The notes below the pieces were generated by a model, which was given only the letters and a program-made list of their open reading frames with translations, was not told the DNA's origin and searched no databases. Below are positions 61,181 to 64,000 of a stretch of DNA of 64,000 nucleotides, piece by piece; position 1 is the first letter of the stretch; every line of letters begins with the position of its first letter. The position numbers and the translations under genes were made by a program. This DNA comes from Camelus dromedarius (lineage: Eukaryota), in the NCBI RefSeq assembly GCF_036321535.1, contig NC_087436.1, forward strand, positions 70,060,001-70,124,000, written 5' to 3'.

Positions 61181-63179
61181 AAAATCCTAACATAGGAAGA
61201 GTTAAGGGGCTATTAGCTCTAATGAAAGGAAGCATATCAGAGAATACAGCCGAGAGAAGATACGATTTTAGGTAGGCCTTGAAGGCCATCTAAGAATTGA
61301 GATGTGGGGCAGCATAAATAAAAGCCAAGAGAAAGAAATCTCAAAAAGAGAAAGAAAACAATGTGTATTGGACCAGAATGTAGAGTTTCTCAATGAAAGT
61401 AGAATAGCAGCTAGAAAAATAAGTTGGGGCCAGGTAAAGGCAGGCCCTAAATATTAGGCTAAGGGCTTTATGATGTAGAGAATGAAGACTCACTAAAGAA
61501 AAAAAATTAAGTGAACTGTGTTTCAAAAGACCTTCACCATCAAAGCTATAATTATCATTGAATAAATAGTTATAAATATTATATATATATATGTATAATT
61601 ATATCTACAAGGTTCCTCATGACCAAAAAAAAGGTATAAAATAATGTTTAGAAAATAATTATGCAGTATTTAGTTGGATTAGAGTTTGGAAAGGAAAGCA
61701 GTGTCACAATTTCATTAAATTCTTCATTTTGTAATTAAAACTACCAAACCTAGTCATTTTTAATTAAAAGCTTAGAAGAGTTCATATGTTTATTTCATAT
61801 TTTAGTAGAAGTTCTATATTTTGCTTCCAAATCACTTTTAGCATTTTCATGTCTTTAAATAGATCCAGACCTTAGTTTGCAAAAAAGAATCTATAACCTA
61901 CTGGTTTCAGAGTAAGTGGTTTCCGACAGAAATGAAAGCAGATGGCAACTATACTTCATCTCTTCTATTTTCTTTCTTACATCTAAAAATAATTCTTCTT
62001 TTTCTGCACCCAAAAATAGTTCAAAGAGTTCCTGTGAGTATATTAAATTATCTAAATAAGTTAATTGCTTTTAACACCAAGAATACATTTTTCCATTATC
62101 ACTCATTATTATTTATGATTAATCATAATTTAATCATTTTTAACACCAAGAATATGGTAATTCCCATCATCACTCTCAAATTATTTTTATGATTACTACT
62201 TCTCTGAGCATTAAAAAAGTTACTTCTCTGACAACTTCAGTCATCATAACCTAGTCTGTGACACTGGGATAAAAGGAAATACACATTTAACCATTAGCTT
62301 AAGTTCACAAAAGCCATATATTAAATACTTCATCATCTTTTAAATGTGACTTTAAAAAAAAAAAACCCTATGCTGATGACCAGAGAAATACAAAAGACAT
62401 TGCAATTCATTGTTAAAGGCTACTATTTTGTATGCTGACACTGAGTTTCTCAAATACTGGCTTGGATTCTAGGGATTTTAAAAAATGCCTACTTTGATCC
62501 AGACTTAATGGGGCTTATAGATTTAATGGAGGGAGATCTGTATAAAGCATGGGAATGCAAAAGAGGAAGTTCTTCATCGTGAGGAGGCCTGAAAAGGCTT
62601 TTAAGGTGACATTTAAAATTAGTCTTAAATGATGAATAAGAGTTCTCCAGAAAGTATAAAAGAAACAAATGTAAAGGAAAGGAGGCAAGAAAGAGCACAG
62701 CCTGCACAAGATTCATGAGGAAGCTTACAGACACAAATATTTATATATTAACTATTGATACAATAGTAATTATAGCTTTGATGGTGAAGGTCTTTGAAAC
62801 ACAGTTCATATAAAATTTTTTTCTTTAGTCAGCTTTCATTCTCTATACAATAAAGGCTTTAGCTCTTAGCCCAATGTTTACATGTATTATACATGTATTA
62901 TGTATATATGCAAGGCTACAGCACACGTGGTAGCAGTAAGCATGTGGTAAGATGTAAAGTTTAAAACGTATGCGGCAGTCAGCTCTTGAGGAATATAAAT
63001 TTGATCCTATAGATGTTGGGAAGCTTTTAAAGGACTTTAAGTTAGAGATGTACATGGTCATTTTTTGTCTGTTTGTTTTTAACTGAACCTCAGATGCAGT
63101 TATTCTCCTCAGTTCCTGGCACATTATTATTATTGGTCCATGGAAAGTTCCTCTCCTATTTCTTCTAATCTCCAAGCTT

Positions 63180-63690
63180 CATCCCATTCTTTGCTCCCCC
63201 ATAAGCAACTATTCTTTGTATTTAATGTACATTATTTTGTTTGTATGTGTTCTTACAAAATGTGTACTGTTGTATTGTTGCACATATGTACTACATATCT
63301 CACTTTTTAACTTTTTTCCCCTAAACACATTGTTTTTAGATCCATTCATGTTGCTATGTGGATATATCATCCACTGTTGCCAATCACTGTGTAATTACCA
63401 TATAATTTATCATCTAAATTATAAAAGTAAAAAAGGGTGCCATTAATAATTATGCTGGGATAACAAGCAGGACTGTACTAAGCAAACCAAGATGTACGGT
63501 CCCTCTATGCACCTAAATTCCATGCTGTTCACCAATGACATTTTCCAGGGATGGGCATCCAAGTTGTCTCCAACGCCCTGTTAACAATAATAGCTTTTCA
63601 AACAGCCTCATATGGCCCCATTTTGGACCCGTCTGCGAACCTGTTAGCCAAAAAGATGTCTATAGTGATTTGTAAATTCTTACATAAGTA
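63180..63690 (-). mobile_element. Very old L1 (L1ME-type) fragments
   Basis: ttgtttttagatccattcatgttgctatgtggatatatcatcc...gatgggcatccaagttgtctccaa. Confidence 0.55.
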
Positions 63691-64000
63691 ATTATGAGAA
63701 TACTGAACAGATGAGCAAAGAGAGAAGGAAACTGCAAAGCAATGTTTGAAGAATAAAGAGTGGTAGAGCACTTAAGTTAGAATGGAAGGTTTTAGTTGCG
63801 GAGGGGGAATGAAAGGTATGGCTAGAAAGGTTCCTTTGAGGCAAAACTGCGGAAGTATGTATGTTGTGAGTTTTATCTTGATAGTAACTGAGAGTCATTG
63901 AAAGATTTTGAACAAAAGGGTGGGATGATGGAAATTATATTCTAGAAAGATACATCTGATGATGCTGAATCAAATCTACAGCAGAGACTGGAAATGAAAA

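Noticed and set aside
1-64000. CRISPR arrays, rRNA, prokaryotic defence systems, or an additional SCPP gene
   Set aside because: Mammalian intron-exon DNA; no repeat-spacer arrays, no rRNA sequence and no extra signal-peptide/S-x-E exon pair found between AMBN and ENAM

Overview
Mammalian genomic DNA, almost certainly a camelid (a Vic-1-type tRNA-derived SINE with its own target-site duplication is present). It covers the end of the P/Q-rich SCPP enamel cluster and the neighbouring J-chain gene. Order: AMBN 3' part (+; 8 coding exons in view, from the exon equivalent to human exon 4 to the stop at 7294; first three exons lie before the window), ENAM complete (+; 8 coding exons, 25008-38654, about 1146 aa, reading frame intact) and JCHAIN complete (-; 4 exons, 52334-46466, 158 aa), with ENAM and JCHAIN tail to tail. 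All coding exons were read by hand and have GT-AG boundaries in phase. Intergenic and intronic DNA is ordinary AT-rich sequence with L1, L2, MIR, MaLR and hAT remnants. It also holds a heavily decayed ERV-L gag-pro-pol fossil (~9.15-12.1 kb, minus strand) that the ORF track shows only in fragments. I found no evidence for a wholly new biological system. The best leads are local: a possible lost and shifted splice acceptor plus an overlapping uORF at the ENAM start, small indels in conserved ENAM/AMBN motifs, and two candidate B-cell enhancers flanking JCHAIN. All cross-species comparisons are from memory of human/pig/mouse sequences and need alignment.
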